A stretch of 64,000 nucleotides of DNA from a virus: the IMG/VR virus record IMGVR_UViG_3300031565_000014, positions 1 through 64,000 of that record; one strand, 5' to 3'. Positions 1 to 8,406 of this stretch are shown here, one piece after another. The notes under the pieces are model-generated. The model ran no database searches, was not told the origin of the DNA, and saw only the letters and a program-made list of their open reading frames with translations. How positions within the stretch are numbered: the stretch's first letter is position 1; every line of letters begins with the position of its first letter. A program made the position numbers and the translations under genes.

Positions 1-1
1 T

Positions 2-319
2 GGAGTTTATAGTCAATATGTTAAAGATACAATATCGTCTATTGCCAGTAGAAATCTTTTAGAGCAAGAAGGTTATCTTGCTATTACACTATTAGGTGCT
101 AGAGATGATTTAAGTGCATTCTCAGGAGAGAACGACAAAATAAGGAATGTAGACATACCTAATGATATTTGTGGGCTTGTGCCTGATCTAAAATTAGTTA
201 ATATCTATCATTACTTAAGTAAAGGAGGTTCTCCAATGAGAGTTTATATGTTTAAAAAGAGTGTTCAAGCGTTTGAACCAGAATTAATAAGTTTAAATAG
301 TGAAAAATTAAAATTATGA
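2..319 (+). CDS. 5'-truncated hypothetical protein
   Basis: Frame 2 is open from the window edge (GVYSQYVKDT...SEKLKL) to TGA 317-319, with an ATGA overlap with the next gene. Confidence 0.75.
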   Translation, partial: GVYSQYVKDTISSIASRNLLEQEGYLAITLLGARDDLSAFSGENDKIRNVDIPNDICGLVPDLKLVNIYHYLSKGGSPMRVYMFKKSVQAFEPELISLNSEKLKL

Positions 320-708
320 AAAAGTACATAGTGGGACTTATTGTAAGTCTATTTTTAATGGGATGTGACAAAGATGATGTAACACCTACAGCAAATTCTA
401 TGACAGGTATATGGAATATATATGAAGATTATTCTCCTACAAATGGTTCAGGTAATACTGCATTTATCCAGAAAGGTTATATAACTTCTATCACACCTGA
501 AGGGTCAATTGATCTAACGATAAATAATTACCCTTATTCTATAGCTACAGGTAAAATTTATGAACTAACCGGAGGAATTAATGCACAACAAATAGGTGAT
601 GTTCAAATTATTAATAATGATTTTATTATAGTTAGATTGTCTTTTAATGCTATTTACTATGCTCAAGGAGATTATGATTTCTGTAATGCTAAATATAAAA
701 AACAATGA
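316..708 (+). CDS. Predicted lipoprotein (SPase II signal), probably surface-exposed
   Basis: MKK + hydrophobic stretch + lipobox LMG-C, followed by DKDD, which resembles the Bacteroidota lipoprotein export signal. Confidence 0.75.
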   Translation: MKKYIVGLIVSLFLMGCDKDDVTPTANSMTGIWNIYEDYSPTNGSGNTAFIQKGYITSITPEGSIDLTINNYPYSIATGKIYELTGGINAQQIGDVQIINNDFIIVRLSFNAIYYAQGDYDFCNAKYKKQ

Positions 709-1115
709 TAAATTTACTTATAACCCCATTATTTATTTTAATGGGGTTTAACTTAGAATTAACAAAAGAAAATGTATATGAAGCTTGTATAGCATATGAG
801 ATAAAACATCCAAAAATAGTTGCTGCTCAAGCTTATTTAGAAACAGGTAATCTTGAATGTGAAAATTGTTCTTTAGATTATAATAACTTATTTGGTTTTT
901 TTATATGTAAAGAAAGAGATGCAGAAAATAATTGCATAAGTTCTGGATATATCTCATTCGATCATTGGGTGTTTAGTATAGCTTACTATAAGCGTTGGCA
1001 AGATAAACGCTATAAAGGGGGTAATTATTATAAGTTTTTAACTAAAATAAATTATGCTACCGCGCTTGATTATAACGATAAAGTTAAACAACTAGTAACG
1101 CAATATTTTGAATAA
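705..1115 (+). CDS. GH73-family (glucosaminidase) peptidoglycan hydrolase with N-terminal hydrophobic segment
   Basis: AQAYLETG (catalytic Glu), NNLFG, F..W..S...Y and YAT...Y motifs of the FlgJ/glucosaminidase family. Confidence 0.8.
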   Translation: MINLLITPLFILMGFNLELTKENVYEACIAYEIKHPKIVAAQAYLETGNLECENCSLDYNNLFGFFICKERDAENNCISSGYISFDHWVFSIAYYKRWQDKRYKGGNYYKFLTKINYATALDYNDKVKQLVTQYFE

Positions 1116-1188
1116 AAGTTTTAGCTATATAATAAGTTAATTTTGAATTTTAAAACATCTTATAGTTTTATATATCGTATATTTACAT

Positions 1189-1470
1189 ATGTTATATCAA
1201 CTACCAGATGGCAGAACAGTAGAGATAAGTTTAGATGATTATTTAAACTTAGACCATGCTGGTATTCAAAATCTTATGGCTAATAAGTATTATGGAGCAG
1301 AAATAAGAAATCCTTTTTTTAAATCAGCAAGTGATTCAAGAGGGGATAGTTATTTAGAAAAAGAAGAATTAGGTTTTGATGAGGATGATTTTGAAACTAA
1401 AGATGTTAGTGAAATACCATCTGAGTTTAAAATGTTAGATCAAGACTTTGATGAAGACAATGAAGATTAG
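1189..1470 (+). CDS. Small acidic hypothetical protein
   Basis: 93-aa ORF with a D/E-rich C-terminal half, followed by a terminator. Confidence 0.75.
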   Translation: MLYQLPDGRTVEISLDDYLNLDHAGIQNLMANKYYGAEIRNPFFKSASDSRGDSYLEKEELGFDEDDFETKDVSEIPSEFKMLDQDFDEDNED

Positions 1471-1511
1471 TTGAATAAGGGTTAGTTAGTTAATCTTTTA
1501 TTTGTTTGTGT

Positions 1512-1540
1512 GAGGAGGGCTGTAATGGCCCTCTTTTTTT
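1512..1540 (+). terminator. Rho-independent terminator
   Basis: GAGGGC...GCCCTC stem followed by a T7 tract. Confidence 0.8.
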
Positions 1541-1559
1541 GTTATAAAAAAATAAATAT

Positions 1560-2024
1560 ATGAAACAAGAAGCTTATTACAGAGGAAGAAATTCAGAATA
1601 CAACACAAATAATGGTAAACGAGCTAAAGCTCTTGACAGCATTGTTGTAGATTATAGTAAATATCAAAATTTTCTATATAAAAAGGCACTTTTAGGTTTA
1701 AAAATATATAACCAAAATGCCGTTAAAAGAATGAAAGAAGAAGAAATTACTACTATAATACGTAATCAAAAGAAAGCATTACGTGTTATTAGTGTTTACA
1801 AACAGAAAAAAGTTATTGAATTAAGTAATGGTTTATTAACAGCTATGTTTCCTAAAGGAAGAGTTACTAGTGAGCTACTTACACCAGAATTATCTAGATG
1901 GGGCAAACAGTATAAAGTAACGTTAAAAAATGAAGATTTAGGTATAACTAAAACAGAAATTATTAATTTACTTGTTGCTAACAACGTATTACCTGAAGAT
2001 TTTTATGAATTAAATTTAAAATAA
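1560..2024 (+). CDS. Basic hypothetical protein
   Basis: 154-aa ORF with an A-rich leader, in operon context. Confidence 0.7.
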   Translation: MKQEAYYRGRNSEYNTNNGKRAKALDSIVVDYSKYQNFLYKKALLGLKIYNQNAVKRMKEEEITTIIRNQKKALRVISVYKQKKVIELSNGLLTAMFPKGRVTSELLTPELSRWGKQYKVTLKNEDLGITKTEIINLLVANNVLPEDFYELNLK

Positions 2025-2025
2025 T

Positions 2026-2259
2026 ATGAGGGTAGAAGCAGTTTGCAATGGTAAAGTAACTTTGATTATTACTCCGGAAACATCTTTAGATGAAGAAATA
2101 TTAAAATCAATATTACAACAAAAAAATGAGATTGTAGAAATAAGAGGTACAGCAGCTTTAGTTCATAAAACTATAAGTTCTGGTTTATTAATTAGTTCTA
2201 CAGAAAGTAACATAGTGGATAAAAATAAAGATAGTGAAGTAAATGATAGTTTAACTTAA
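2026..2259 (+). CDS. Hypothetical protein
   Basis: 77-aa ORF tightly packed between neighbours. Confidence 0.65.
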   Translation: MRVEAVCNGKVTLIITPETSLDEEILKSILQQKNEIVEIRGTAALVHKTISSGLLISSTESNIVDKNKDSEVNDSLT

Positions 2260-2270
2260 AATATAATAAA

Positions 2271-3083
2271 ATGAATATAGTGGGTCAAGATAAATTAGTG
2301 AAAGAAATAGAAAAAATATTTAGTATTTTTGAAGCATCAGAAGGTGAAATTAAACCGCATTTTATTTTAACAGGGGAAAGTGGTAGTGGTAAAACATTTA
2401 CTATAAATAATCTTTCTGTAAAATACAAAATGAATTTTATTGAAGTAAATGCTGCTCAATTAACTAAAGAAGGTACAAGTGGTAATAGTTTATCTAAAGC
2501 TTTATCACCGTTAGCTAATACACAAAAACAGTTAACTGTTGTATTTGTTGATGAATTTGATAAATTATTTATATCAGGTAATTCAAATGATAGTTCAGCG
2601 CATGAGTCAACAACAGGTGTACAAAATGAGTTTTTAAAAGTTTTAGAATCAAGAACTACACAAGTATTTGGCGATTATGGTAAATATGTGTCTGTACCTG
2701 TTAATAACGTTTTATTTGTGTTTGCTGGTGCTTTTAACAATGAAGAAGACATTACTTTAGATAGATTACGTGAAATAGGATTAAAAACTGAATTTTTAGG
2801 CAGAGTAGGGTTAATTTACAATACTAAACCTCTAACGTTAGAAGATCTTAACAGAATAGTTGATAAAAGTGATTTACTAGATAAATATTGTAAGTTATTT
2901 AATGAAGATTTTGAAAAAGTAAGCATTTATATTAAAGGTTATATTAAGAAGTTTTTTGATAAAAATACTTTAGGAGCTAGAATGATTAACACACTTATAC
3001 AACAATACTTTATAAAAGGTGGTGTTTTAAATATAGATGATGCTAAAGAAGTTACATTTCAAAAAACTTTAAAATTAAAATAA
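2271..3083 (+). CDS. ClpX/HslU-like AAA+ ATPase lacking the N-terminal zinc domain and IGF loop
   Basis: IVGQD, Walker A GESGSGKT, Walker B VFVDEFDK, GVQNEFLKVLE, LFVFAGAF, EFLGRV and LGAR (sensor 2) align with the ClpX core. Confidence 0.85.
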   Translation: MNIVGQDKLVKEIEKIFSIFEASEGEIKPHFILTGESGSGKTFTINNLSVKYKMNFIEVNAAQLTKEGTSGNSLSKALSPLANTQKQLTVVFVDEFDKLFISGNSNDSSAHESTTGVQNEFLKVLESRTTQVFGDYGKYVSVPVNNVLFVFAGAFNNEEDITLDRLREIGLKTEFLGRVGLIYNTKPLTLEDLNRIVDKSDLLDKYCKLFNEDFEKVSIYIKGYIKKFFDKNTLGARMINTLIQQYFIKGGVLNIDDAKEVTFQKTLKLK

Positions 3084-3095
3084 AATATAAACAAT

Positions 3096-3178
3096 GAGAG
3101 GTAGAGTATAATGTCACGGAGGTTGTGTCACCTTATGAAAATAAGTATCTATCGCAGGTTCGAGTCCTGCTACCTCTC
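3096..3178 (+). tRNA. Non-canonical or pseudo tRNA (His-like features)
   Basis: Perfect T-arm GCAGG-TTCGAGT-CCTGC (3154-3170) and acceptor stem GAGAGGTA/TACCTCTC; irregular D-arm and anticodon arm; no encoded CCA. Confidence 0.55.
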
Positions 3179-3197
3179 CTAAAAAAACAAATAAATT

Positions 3198-3284
3198 ATG
3201 CTAGAAAAAGAGTTTATTCCTTATGATTTAACACAAGGTCTTAAAAAACTAATTAAAATTGTTAAATATGAAAAAGATAAGTAA
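3198..3284 (+). pseudogene. 28-aa mini-ORF, probable internally deleted gene remnant
   Basis: MLEKEFIPYDLTQGLKKLIKIVKYEKDK*; its LKKLIKIV segment recurs as the start-less remnant CLRKLIELV at ~3490-3516. Confidence 0.4.
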
Positions 3285-3456
3285 AGATTATTATGAAGGG
3301 TTTTCTTTTGGAATAGCTACAGCTATTTTTACATGCTTGGGTTTTGATCTTTTTAATGAAGGCTCCTGGGCATATTTAGGTATTGTGATGGTTGTTTTAG
3401 GAATATCAAATATTCTTAAAGTTGAATTACTTAGTGATAAATCAGATAAAAAATAA
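3259..3456 (+). CDS. Small two-TM membrane protein (likely start ATG 3268)
   Basis: Two hydrophobic helices: FSFGIATAIFTCLGF and WAYLGIVMVVLGI. Confidence 0.65.
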   Translation: MLNMKKISKDYYEGFSFGIATAIFTCLGFDLFNEGSWAYLGIVMVVLGISNILKVELLSDKSDKK

Positions 3457-3550
3457 AACTTTGACATACACAAAAAATTAAAACTAACTTGTCTTAGAAA
3501 ATTAATAGAACTTGTTAATAAAGAAATTGTAAATTATAGTAAAACAAGTA

Positions 3551-3946
3551 ATGATGATTGAAAAAAAGAAAAAATTATGTGTAGCTTGTGAAAAAGACCA
3601 ATATATTTGGAAAAACTACAAAGGAGATAAATATTGTCAACAATGTTGGTATAAACACAAAGATAATCCTATAAAAAATATTAAAAAAGTATCAGCTAAG
3701 AAACAAAGTTTAGATAATGAATACTCACAACTTAGAAGAATATTCTTAACTAAAAATCCTAAATGTCAAATGCATATTCCGGGTATATGTCAAAATGATG
3801 CCACAGACGTGCATCATATGTCAGGTCGTTTGTGTGATTATCTTAAAATAGAAACATGGAAACCTGCTTGTAGAGCTTGTCATTGTTGGACTGAGGAACA
3901 TCCTGAAGAAGCGCGAGATCTTGGATTTAGTAATACTAAATATTAA
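3551..3946 (+). CDS. Zn-finger + HNH-like endonuclease
   Basis: CxxC pairs (CVAC, CQQC), then C....C...ATDVHH...CRACH HNH-type motif. Confidence 0.7.
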   Translation: MMIEKKKKLCVACEKDQYIWKNYKGDKYCQQCWYKHKDNPIKNIKKVSAKKQSLDNEYSQLRRIFLTKNPKCQMHIPGICQNDATDVHHMSGRLCDYLKIETWKPACRACHCWTEEHPEEARDLGFSNTKY

Positions 3947-4172
3947 AATTATGAATAAAAAGTTACCTGATTTTATACCAGGAGGAGAATTGTGGAGAGA
4001 ATATGGTAAAACATATCAAAACTATAAAATGCCTTTTGGTAAATATAAAGACAGACCTTTAAAAAACGTACCATTCTCGTATTTAGAATGGTTAGAAGGT
4101 GAAAATGTTAATGATAACACTATTAAAAAGTACGTAAATATAATAAGAAAAAAAGCAGGCTTTAGAATATAA
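3921..4172 (+). CDS. DUF3820-like (MPFGKY) small protein (likely start 3951)
   Basis: MPFGKYKDRPLKNVPFSYLEWL signature. Confidence 0.7.
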   Translation: MDLVILNIKIMNKKLPDFIPGGELWREYGKTYQNYKMPFGKYKDRPLKNVPFSYLEWLEGENVNDNTIKKYVNIIRKKAGFRI

Positions 4173-4193
4173 ATAAATTAAATAGTCAACATT

Positions 4194-4748
4194 ATGAATA
4201 AAATAATATATTGTTTTGAAGAAGCAGATAGTACAGAAGAGTGTGTAGAAATTATTAATAACAACTATAAAGTTTCAAATTGGAAAAGAATAAGTAAGTT
4301 TAAACTTCCCGCTGAGTACAGAGATAAAGTACAAGTAAGAGTATTTAGTGATGGTTCTGAAGAGCTTACAGTAGTATTAGCTGAAGAATGTACATATTTA
4401 TGTACTAATCTTAATCTAACTACTTTAAGACCTATAATAGATCAAGTAAATAATCATGCTAAGAATTTTTATACATGGGATTATGGTCAGATTTATTTAA
4501 ACCCTTATACATTAGAATTATGGGTATCCTGTGGTGATGGTGGTATTTTTTATTCTACATTACATTATACACAAATTGTAGGAAATATTGAGAATTATCA
4601 AGATTGTGAGTTTCCAAAGAAAAACTTTGAAGATTTTATTCCTGAAATTAAAAGTACTACATATGAAGCTGAATATTCACCTGAATATGATGGTTCTGAC
4701 GGAGATTGGATACCTATAGGTAAAATAAAAGATATTTGTAATTATTAA
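4194..4748 (+). CDS. Hypothetical protein
   Basis: 184-aa ORF. Confidence 0.7.
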   Translation: MNKIIYCFEEADSTEECVEIINNNYKVSNWKRISKFKLPAEYRDKVQVRVFSDGSEELTVVLAEECTYLCTNLNLTTLRPIIDQVNNHAKNFYTWDYGQIYLNPYTLELWVSCGDGGIFYSTLHYTQIVGNIENYQDCEFPKKNFEDFIPEIKSTTYEAEYSPEYDGSDGDWIPIGKIKDICNY

Positions 4749-4765
4749 AAAATTAAAAGTGAATT

Positions 4766-5905
4766 ATGAACAGTGGAAAAACTAAATTAGAAAAACAAGA
4801 GAAACTTCAAGAAGAGGCTCTTAATATTATTTGGCCACATTTTAAATGTAGCGTAGATATGTCTGTAGGCTCAGGTAAAACTTATTTGGGTCTAAAACAC
4901 ATGCTTAAATTATATGAGGCAGATAATACTAGAAAATTTCTAGTTGTTCACCCTACTAAGTCAATAAAAGATTCCTGGTCGGAGGCTATAAGTGTACTTA
5001 AGTTAGATTATCTATTAGATAGTATAACTTTTGTCACTTATAGATCATTATTGAAAAGTTCATATGATTATCATTGTGTTTATTTTGATGAATGTCATAG
5101 CTTAAAAGCAAGTCATGAGCCATTTCTTATATTATTTAATGGGAAAATATTAGGTTTATCCGGGACAATGCCTGAAAAAGGTGTAAGAGCTGATTTAATT
5201 ACCAAATATATGCCTACTGTGTATAAATATACAACAGATGACGGTGTTAATGATGACATGCTTAATGATTATAAAATAATAGTTCATATGTTACCGCTAG
5301 ATGATAGAAAAAACTTACCTGTTAAAGGTAAATCTTGGTACACATCTGAGTTAAATAGTTATAATTATTGGACAAGTAGACTTGCTAAAGCTGATGAAAG
5401 CGGTAATGCTAAATCTTTACAAATATGTAGAGTTATGAGGATGAAAGAAATGCAAAATTTTCTAAGTAAAGAAGATTATGTAAAAGAATTATTAAATATA
5501 ATGCCTCCAAGTAGTAAAACTATAATATTTACTAATTATAAAGATCAAGCAGACAGGCTTTGTGAGCATAGTTATCATAGCGGTAATACAAATAGTAATA
5601 CAAATTTAGAATCTTTCAAAAATGGTGATATTACAAGATTATCTGCAGTATTACAACTTAATGAAGGGGTTAATATCCCTAAATTAGAATCTGGTATAAT
5701 ACTACATGCTTATGGTAATAATGTTAAAAGTCAACAACGAATTGGTAGACTAATGCGTCTAAATCCTGATCAAACAGCTACTATACATATATTATGTTAT
5801 CAAGCTACTATTGATGAAAAATGGGTTAAAAATGCTTTAAGTGCTTATGCACAAGATAAGATAAAGTATTATGATAGTATTAATAAATGTTTTATAAATA
5901 AATAA
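4766..5905 (+). CDS. Superfamily 2 (DExH) helicase
   Basis: GSGKT, FDECH, LSGT, LNEGVNIP and QRIGRLMR motifs. Confidence 0.9.
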   Translation: MNSGKTKLEKQEKLQEEALNIIWPHFKCSVDMSVGSGKTYLGLKHMLKLYEADNTRKFLVVHPTKSIKDSWSEAISVLKLDYLLDSITFVTYRSLLKSSYDYHCVYFDECHSLKASHEPFLILFNGKILGLSGTMPEKGVRADLITKYMPTVYKYTTDDGVNDDMLNDYKIIVHMLPLDDRKNLPVKGKSWYTSELNSYNYWTSRLAKADESGNAKSLQICRVMRMKEMQNFLSKEDYVKELLNIMPPSSKTIIFTNYKDQADRLCEHSYHSGNTNSNTNLESFKNGDITRLSAVLQLNEGVNIPKLESGIILHAYGNNVKSQQRIGRLMRLNPDQTATIHILCYQATIDEKWVKNALSAYAQDKIKYYDSINKCFINK

Positions 5906-5910
5906 AAGAT

Positions 5911-6264
5911 ATGAATAAAAAAATAAACGAAATAGATAATAAAGAAGATTTACAAAAATTCATATATAAGTCTATTAATGAAAATGATGTAAGATTCTAC
6001 ACTAGTAAGGTTAATAATGAAAGATTAGATGAATTTGTCGAAGATATCGCAGATGCTATTATTTTAGATAGAGCTAGTAAAACATCTGTAAATTCTGAAG
6101 ATATGAGTAATGTGGTAGAAGTATTATCGGATGTAGTTACTACAACAAAACATCTTAAAGATTATATTAATTACAATATCTTAAATGTGAGGATGCTTAG
6201 TGTGAGTCTTTGGATTGTTGTTTTAATGCATTTTATTTTCTCAATATTATTAATAGTCAAATGA
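5911..6264 (+). CDS. Hypothetical protein with C-terminal TM helix
   Basis: Hydrophobic C-terminus SVSLWIVVLMHFIFSILLIV. Confidence 0.65.
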   Translation: MNKKINEIDNKEDLQKFIYKSINENDVRFYTSKVNNERLDEFVEDIADAIILDRASKTSVNSEDMSNVVEVLSDVVTTTKHLKDYINYNILNVRMLSVSLWIVVLMHFIFSILLIVK

Positions 6265-6689
6265 GTAAATTAGATTGGATTATTTTTGGGGTAGTACTTT
6301 TAGTATTACCCCTTTTGTATGTTGTACTAGTTGCTTTTTATAAATATTTAAAAAAAAAATATAAGTATATTATAAAATTTAAAAAAGTAAGTAAACATAT
6401 ATCTGCAAAAGCTATTACGTCAGACGGTAGTATAATAGTTTTTGAAACAAAGCACGTACAAACTTATATTTATGAAAGAGACAAGCACAATGATTTGCTA
6501 GGACTTTTAAATGATGTTAACGAACACATACTAGATATGGGTGAATTTGAAACAGATGGATTAATGTATGTTAGAATTTCTGATTTAACTAAAAGTCAGT
6601 ATATTAATAGTATAACAAAATCTAGTAATGAATCAGGTTGCTCTTGTGAACAATGCAACTATTTAAAAAATAAATATAATGCAAAATAA
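6261..6689 (+). CDS. Membrane-anchored hypothetical protein (start ATG 6261)
   Basis: MSKLDWIIFGVVLLVLPLLYVVLVAF TM followed by a Lys cluster; C-terminal CSCEQC. Confidence 0.65.
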   Translation: MSKLDWIIFGVVLLVLPLLYVVLVAFYKYLKKKYKYIIKFKKVSKHISAKAITSDGSIIVFETKHVQTYIYERDKHNDLLGLLNDVNEHILDMGEFETDGLMYVRISDLTKSQYINSITKSSNESGCSCEQCNYLKNKYNAK

Positions 6690-6975
6690 CAGTATAGACA
6701 TTGATGAAGAAGTAGATATTGCTGTAGAGGAATTAATTAACTCTTCTTTAGGGCGAGCTATTGTAGTTTATAATGATGATGTTAACAGTTTTGAACATGT
6801 TATATATTGTTTAGTTAAGTACTGCTCTCATACGAGTATACAAGCTGAACAATGCGCTAATATTATCCATTTTAAAGGGAAATGTGATGTTAAAAGGGGT
6901 AATTTAAATAAATTAAAACCTATTCATGAAGCTTTATTAGAAAAAGGTTTAAGGTCAAAAATAGAAGAATTATGA
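6679..6975 (+). CDS. clpS: ClpS N-degron adaptor protein
   Basis: IVVYNDDVNSFEHVI...AEQCANIIHFKGKCDV...L...GL matches the ClpS family. Confidence 0.88.
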   Translation: MQNNSIDIDEEVDIAVEELINSSLGRAIVVYNDDVNSFEHVIYCLVKYCSHTSIQAEQCANIIHFKGKCDVKRGNLNKLKPIHEALLEKGLRSKIEEL

Positions 6976-7187
6976 TGAAAATAGCTGATATTAAAAATAG
7001 AAAAGATATACTAAAACACATAATAGACTATGAATATTTTCTTAAAGAATATACTTTACGCATTTATCAAGAATATGATGATTTTGTAGCTTTGACGTTT
7101 TTAAAAGAAGCAACCGATAACCCAATAATTCATTCTTATTGGTCTTCTGAATTAATAAATTTAATAAAAAATCATGTAAATGAGTGA
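6972..7187 (+). CDS. Hypothetical protein
   Basis: 71-aa ORF overlapping both neighbours. Confidence 0.6.
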   Translation: MMKIADIKNRKDILKHIIDYEYFLKEYTLRIYQEYDDFVALTFLKEATDNPIIHSYWSSELINLIKNHVNE

Positions 7188-7542
7188 TGTATTCCATGAA
7201 ACATTCTTTATAAAAGAAGGTGATAAACTAGTATTTGAAAATAAAGGACGTGAAGCAATGTTTGATAAATTTGTCAAGTGCTTAAAACAAGATAAAAGAT
7301 ATCGAGTATTTATAGAGGAAATAAATGATGATCATACGCAAGGTCAATTAAATAAAATACATAAATGTATAAGAATTATTGCACAAGATACTGGTAATGA
7401 CTTTAATACTATTAAAAATGAAATTAAAAGTAGAATAGGTTACGACGGTGAATCTTTTGCTAATGCTAGTTATGATGAGCTAGATTTTGCTATTAAAGAA
7501 ACAATAACATTAGGTGATGAATTAGGAATTAACTTACATTAA
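7180..7542 (+). CDS. Hypothetical protein, possibly NinB/Orf-like
   Basis: TQGQLNKIHKCIRIIAQDTG...IK..IK resembles the NinB core; the match is weak. Confidence 0.45.
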   Translation: MSDVFHETFFIKEGDKLVFENKGREAMFDKFVKCLKQDKRYRVFIEEINDDHTQGQLNKIHKCIRIIAQDTGNDFNTIKNEIKSRIGYDGESFANASYDELDFAIKETITLGDELGINLH

Positions 7543-7852
7543 GTTTTTTTCTAATCTCATCTACGTCTACTTCAGTATCTTGCATTAAATTTTGTTCTTC
7601 AGCAGACTTCTCTATAAGACCTATAAGATAAGATAGTGTAGCTATAGGTTGGTATTTCTTTAATGTAAGATTTAAAACGCCAGATGACTCAGTTTTTCCA
7701 AGATCTTTAATAAGTTCTTCTTGTTCTTCTTTAGTTAGTTCTTCAAATAATATTAAATAACTTGCTAATATTTCTTTATGCACGTTTAAACCTATTTTTA
7801 CAAGAGGAGCTGCGTCTTTTTTAAATGCTTTTACTGTTATAATCTCTGCCAT
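7529..7852 (-). CDS. Lone reverse-strand hypothetical protein
   Basis: 107-aa ORF filling the gap between + strand genes, with convergent stop overlap and phage-like codon usage. Confidence 0.7.
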   Translation of the reverse strand: MAEIITVKAFKKDAAPLVKIGLNVHKEILASYLILFEELTKEEQEELIKDLGKTESSGVLNLTLKKYQPIATLSYLIGLIEKSAEEQNLMQDTEVDVDEIRKKLNVS

Positions 7853-7872
7853 AAAGTAAATTTAAACAAAAA

Positions 7873-8406
7873 ATGATAGATATTGATAATATAGAGAAAA
7901 AACTTTATAATAAAATTACTAAAACTAATTGGGAGATAATATTAGATCCTTGGTTTAATACAAGAGAATTGCGTAATATTTTATCGTATTTATACGATGA
8001 ATATAAAAAAGGTATTATGTTTGAGCCTTTTGTTAACGACATTTTTAAATCTTTTGAACAATGTAATTATAATGATTTAAAGTGTATACTTATACTAGAT
8101 GATATTAATATTAGTAGTATTACTAACTTAGATAAAGGGACCTTAATTATATCACCTGAGCTAACAAGAATAGTAAACACTCCAGGATCACATATGAAAG
8201 GTTGGTCTAACTTTATTAAAAGTTTACTTAGGCAATTAGACAATACTCCCGGATTATTTTATGTATTTCAGGGAGAAAGATCTGCTAGATATTTTAATTT
8301 AGTAGAACATGACTTTAACCATGTATATAAAGTCAGCAATATTAACCAAGAGTTAATTGATAAAATTAATAATATAATAATTTATAAAAATGATAAAATT
8401 AGATAA
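7873..8406 (+). CDS. Degenerate (predicted inactive) family-1 uracil-DNA glycosylase homologue
   Basis: W..IL...F, P....IF..F..C....LKCILI, GTLII...LT.....PGSH..GW..F and LFYVFQG mirror UNG; the GQDPY and HPSPLS motifs are absent. Confidence 0.65.
   Translation: MIDIDNIEKKLYNKITKTNWEIILDPWFNTRELRNILSYLYDEYKKGIMFEPFVNDIFKSFEQCNYNDLKCILILDDINISSITNLDKGTLIISPELTRIVNTPGSHMKGWSNFIKSLLRQLDNTPGLFYVFQGERSARYFNLVEHDFNHVYKVSNINQELIDKINNIIIYKNDKIR

Noticed and set aside
3179-3260. HDV-like (theta) ribozyme downstream of the tRNA-like element
   Set aside because: The sequence after the acceptor stem is a plain A-rich leader with no nested pseudoknot potential
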